Positions 37,779 to 40,623 of a stretch of 40,623 nucleotides of DNA are shown in pieces; position 1 is the stretch's first letter, and every line of letters begins with the position of its first letter. Origin of the DNA: an uncultured Bacteroidales bacterium (GTDB lineage Bacteria > Bacteroidota > Bacteroidia > Bacteroidales > UBA3824); contig CAJOGF010000053.1 in NCBI GenBank assembly GCA_905233995.1, forward strand, positions 1-40,623, read 5' to 3'. The position numbers and the translations under genes were made by a program. Under the pieces are notes generated by a model. The model was not told the origin of the DNA, ran no database searches, and saw only the letters and a program-made list of their open reading frames with translations.

Positions 37779-38003
37779 ATGGCAACACATACTTTAGATA
37801 TAACAAAAGAGCATTGCCCGATGACATTTGTCAAGACAAAACTAAAACTTGCTCAAATCTCTGATGGCGATATTTTGGAGGTGCTTTTAACAGAAGGCGA
37901 ACCTCTTAACAATGTTCCAAAATCTGCAACAGAACAAGGCTTTAAAGTTCTTGGTATAGAGCATGTTTCAGGAAATATTCATAAGGTAACAATCGAAAAA
38001 TAA
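37779..38003 (+). CDS. TusA/SirA-family sulfurtransferase
   Basis: 74 aa; LDITKEHCPMTFVKTK with the CP motif; GDILEVLL. Confidence 0.9.
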   Translation: MATHTLDITKEHCPMTFVKTKLKLAQISDGDILEVLLTEGEPLNNVPKSATEQGFKVLGIEHVSGNIHKVTIEK

Positions 38004-38404
38004 TGAAAGTTAAAATTTCTGATTCTGCTTGGCAGTCTGTTTTATCGCAAGCGCAAAAAGATGCTCCTAAAGAATCATGCGGCTATTTACTTGGAACTGA
38101 TGCTGAAACCGTTACCGAAAATTATCCAATGACAAACATTGATGATTCTACGGAGCATTTCAGTTTTGATGTTAAAGAACAGTTTGAGGCTGTAAAATAT
38201 GCCCGAAAAAATTCTCTTGTGATTGTAGGAAATTGGCATAGTCATCCTGCTACGCCGTCAAGACCTTCTAAGGAGGATATTAGATTGGCTTTCGACGAGA
38301 ATATTCTGTATTTTATTTTGTCGTTGAAAGACGAAAAACCAGTTTTCAATGCTTTTAAAATTCAAAACTCAAAAGTTATTGAAAAAATTGAGATAAAATC
38401 GTAA
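38003..38404 (+). CDS. JAMM/MPN+ (M67, Mec-like) metallopeptidase
   Basis: PKESCG catalytic Glu and WHSHPATPSRPSKED (HxH-x7-S-x2-D); TAATG overlap with the TusA gene. Confidence 0.93.
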   Translation: MKVKISDSAWQSVLSQAQKDAPKESCGYLLGTDAETVTENYPMTNIDDSTEHFSFDVKEQFEAVKYARKNSLVIVGNWHSHPATPSRPSKEDIRLAFDENILYFILSLKDEKPVFNAFKIQNSKVIEKIEIKS

Positions 38405-38430
38405 TAATAAAATTAAAATCACAAAAACAA

Positions 38431-39870
38431 ATGTCAGACAACAATATTCAGCGCAGTATAACAACTGTGACAGCAAGAAATCTTGCGGACACAACTAAGA
38501 CCCCGCCGCAGATGGGTTCCATCACTCCAAGATTATTATTGAAATTACTTCCTTGGACACAAGTGGAAAGCGGAACTTACAGAGTAAATAGAACAAAAGT
38601 TGAACTGAAAAAAGCAGAAAGAATTGTAATTCAGTATTTTGAAGGTGTTCCAAGTTTTACCGCAAAAAATCTCAAAGCAATTCCGCTTTTTTTAAATATT
38701 GATTCGGAAATTGTTTCAGACCTTGCAAAAAATTTTGTTCCTGTTGAGGTAAAACGTGGCGAAAATCTCGTTACGCAAGGTAAAGATAAGCAAAAATTTT
38801 TTATCGTTGCTAATGGTCAGGCTGAGGTTATCAGTACGGGGCTTCACGGTGAGGAATTGAGAATTGCGCTTTTGTCAACGGGAGAATATTTTGGGGAGGC
38901 TGACCTTTTGTCTGCTGCTGATTCTACTGTTTCGGTTAGAGCCGTTACGGATTCAGTTTTTCTTCAACTTGACACTCCTGTTTTGGAAAAACTTATTAGC
39001 GAAAAGCCAAATTTCCGCGAACAATTCAATAATGCTGTTAACGAGCATTTGAGACTAAAGGCTACAGTAAACGATCATGGCGAAAAACATATCGACCTTG
39101 TAAGCGGACACGAAGAGGATAATATTATCCCTGAAACTTATATTGATTATGACGAAAATCCAACTGAATATCAATTAAATACGCTTCAGACTGTTGTTCG
39201 TGTTCACACTCGTGTCAGCGACCTTTACAACAAACCATACAATCAGTTGGAACAGCAATTAAGACTTTCAATCGAAAGTCTAAAAGAGCGTCAAGAGTGG
39301 GAACTTATTAATAATAAAAAATTCGGACTTTTGGCTCAAGCCGCTCCGGGTTATAAAATCAGCACTCGTTATGGTGCTCCAACTCCTGACGATTTGGACG
39401 AACTTTTAACTCTTGTTTGGAAAGAGCCTGCGTTCTTTATTGCTAATCCGAGGGCTATTGCTGCTTTCGAGAGAGAATGTACATGGCGTGGAGTTCCGCC
39501 CGTTGCAATCGACCTTTTCGGAACCAAAGTGATAACTTGGCGAGGCGTGCCGATTGTTCCTTCCGACAAAGTGGAAATCAAAGGTCAGTATTTGACAAAC
39601 AGAGGTGTCGGCACAACAGAAATCATTCTTGTTAGAACCGGCGAAAAAGAGCAAGGCGTTGTTGGACTTCATCAAGCCGGCATTCCGGGCGAAATTGCTC
39701 CGTCGCTTTCTGCAAGGCTTATGGGGCTTGACCAGTTTGGTGTAGCAAGTTATTTGTTGACAAAATATTTCTCTCTTGCAAGCCTTACTGACGATGCAAT
39801 TGCAGTGCTTGAAAACGTGGAAGTTGGATATTATCATGATTATCAGCACAGAAACCAAATTGAAAAATAA
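38431..39870 (+). CDS. Family 2B encapsulin nanocompartment shell protein (cNMP-binding domain inserted)
   Basis: Family 2 motifs ARNLADTTKTPPQM, LLKLLPW, GTYRVNR, LRVHT-like VRVHTRVSDLYN, ERQEWELIN, PTPDDLDELL, WRGVPIVPSDK, GVVGLH; 479 aa with an internal cNMP-like domain (GEYFGE). Confidence 0.92.
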   Translation: MSDNNIQRSITTVTARNLADTTKTPPQMGSITPRLLLKLLPWTQVESGTYRVNRTKVELKKAERIVIQYFEGVPSFTAKNLKAIPLFLNIDSEIVSDLAKNFVPVEVKRGENLVTQGKDKQKFFIVANGQAEVISTGLHGEELRIALLSTGEYFGEADLLSAADSTVSVRAVTDSVFLQLDTPVLEKLISEKPNFREQFNNAVNEHLRLKATVNDHGEKHIDLVSGHEEDNIIPETYIDYDENPTEYQLNTLQTVVRVHTRVSDLYNKPYNQLEQQLRLSIESLKERQEWELINNKKFGLLAQAAPGYKISTRYGAPTPDDLDELLTLVWKEPAFFIANPRAIAAFERECTWRGVPPVAIDLFGTKVITWRGVPIVPSDKVEIKGQYLTNRGVGTTEIILVRTGEKEQGVVGLHQAGIPGEIAPSLSARLMGLDQFGVASYLLTKYFSLASLTDDAIAVLENVEVGYYHDYQHRNQIEK

Positions 39871-40556
39871 TGTACTGCAGCGAATTTTTAAGATTTTCGC
39901 CTGACGAACTTTCTGTTTCTGACAGGTCGTTGTTTGAAGGAGTAATAAAAAAATATTTCTCTGAAGACTTAAAACCTGTACAAGTTGATAATAGAAAATT
40001 TTCCGATTTCGGCGAAGAAGATTTTCAGGGCAATAGAAAATGTTTGCTCAAAGATGACGGCTTTGGAATCGGTATTCCTGAGACCGAAATCGTCAAAAAA
40101 CTTAGTTATGATGAGGTTGACACGATAAATTCGGAGCAAGTCCGTTTGCAATTTCCTATTCTTCATCAAAAGGTAAACGGTCATGACCTAATTTGGTTTG
40201 ATAACGGCGCAACAACGCAAAAACCGCTCAGCGTGATAGAAGGGTTAAGTGAGTTATACAAAACTGATTATTCCAACATTCATCGTGGAGCGCATACTTT
40301 GGCTGCTCGTTCTACCGATAAATATGAACAAGCAAGAAACAAGGTTGCGAAATTTATCAATGCTCCAAATAGCGAAAATATAGTTTTTGTGCGCGGAACA
40401 ACCGAAGGTATAAATCTTATTGCTCATACTTTTGCGCAGAAATATCTTCTTGAAGGTGATAATGTTATAGTTTCAACACTTGACCATCACGCTAATATTG
40501 TGCCTTGGCAAAGTATGTGCAACCTCAATTCCGAAAGTCTAAAATTTTTTCGATAA
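39870..40556 (+). pseudogene. SufS-type cysteine desulfurase (encapsulin cargo type), 3'-truncated
   Basis: About 87 aa N-terminal extension, then FPIL, WFDNGATTQKP, SNIHRGAH, FVRGTTEGIN, HHANIVPWQ. Homology stops near 40520, before the PLP Lys and catalytic Cys motifs. Confidence 0.85.
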
Positions 40557-40623
40557 AAAAATATTTTTTACCTTGTAATTTTTTTATGACTGTAAAAATG
40601 TAAAGTTTAGTTTGCTCCTAAGG

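Noticed and set aside
38431-39870. Encapsulin as a prophage capsid or a CRP-type regulator
   Set aside because: No phage genes nearby and no HTH domain; family 2 encapsulin motifs and an adjacent desulfurase fit better
1380-40184. Many 60-150 aa ORFs overlapping the main genes in the ORF track
   Set aside because: Antisense or off-frame to well-supported genes, with no recognisable motifs or start contexts

Overview
AT-rich chromosomal segment from a Bacteroidota (probably Bacteroidales) genome. This is inferred from repeated TAnnTTTG -7 promoter elements, A-rich start regions lacking Shine-Dalgarno sequences, and Bacteroidota-typical genes (DUF4301, DUF3127, DUF4369-redoxin). The first ~35 kb is mostly housekeeping: FecCD/BtuC permease (partial), obgE, clpX, ModF-like ABC ATPase, aroC, lpxH, lpxK, purine nucleoside phosphorylase, two FKBPs, sppA, ilvD, a patatin beta-barrel protein, an MCP and two tandem ilvBN operons. 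The most interesting locus is at the right end (35171-40556): one apparent operon that joins a ubiquitin-like sulfur relay (CysK, ThiS with a masked GG-WY tail, MoeB/E1, DsrE-like, TusA, JAMM protease) to a family 2B (cNMP-domain) encapsulin shell and a SufS-type cysteine desulfurase cargo, which is truncated here. Other signals: an AAA-ATPase/nuclease gene boxed between two 62/63-bp palindromic direct repeats; three intergenic AATTnnn heptamer arrays; a candidate sRNA; an RPE-like palindromic element; a secreted 9x KTTL repeat peptide; three apparent pseudo-enzymes; and frame-breaking lesions in aroC, ilvN and the MCP, which may be real or assembly artefacts. No rRNA, tRNA or CRISPR array was seen. 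All family calls come from motif recognition by eye; no database searches were run.
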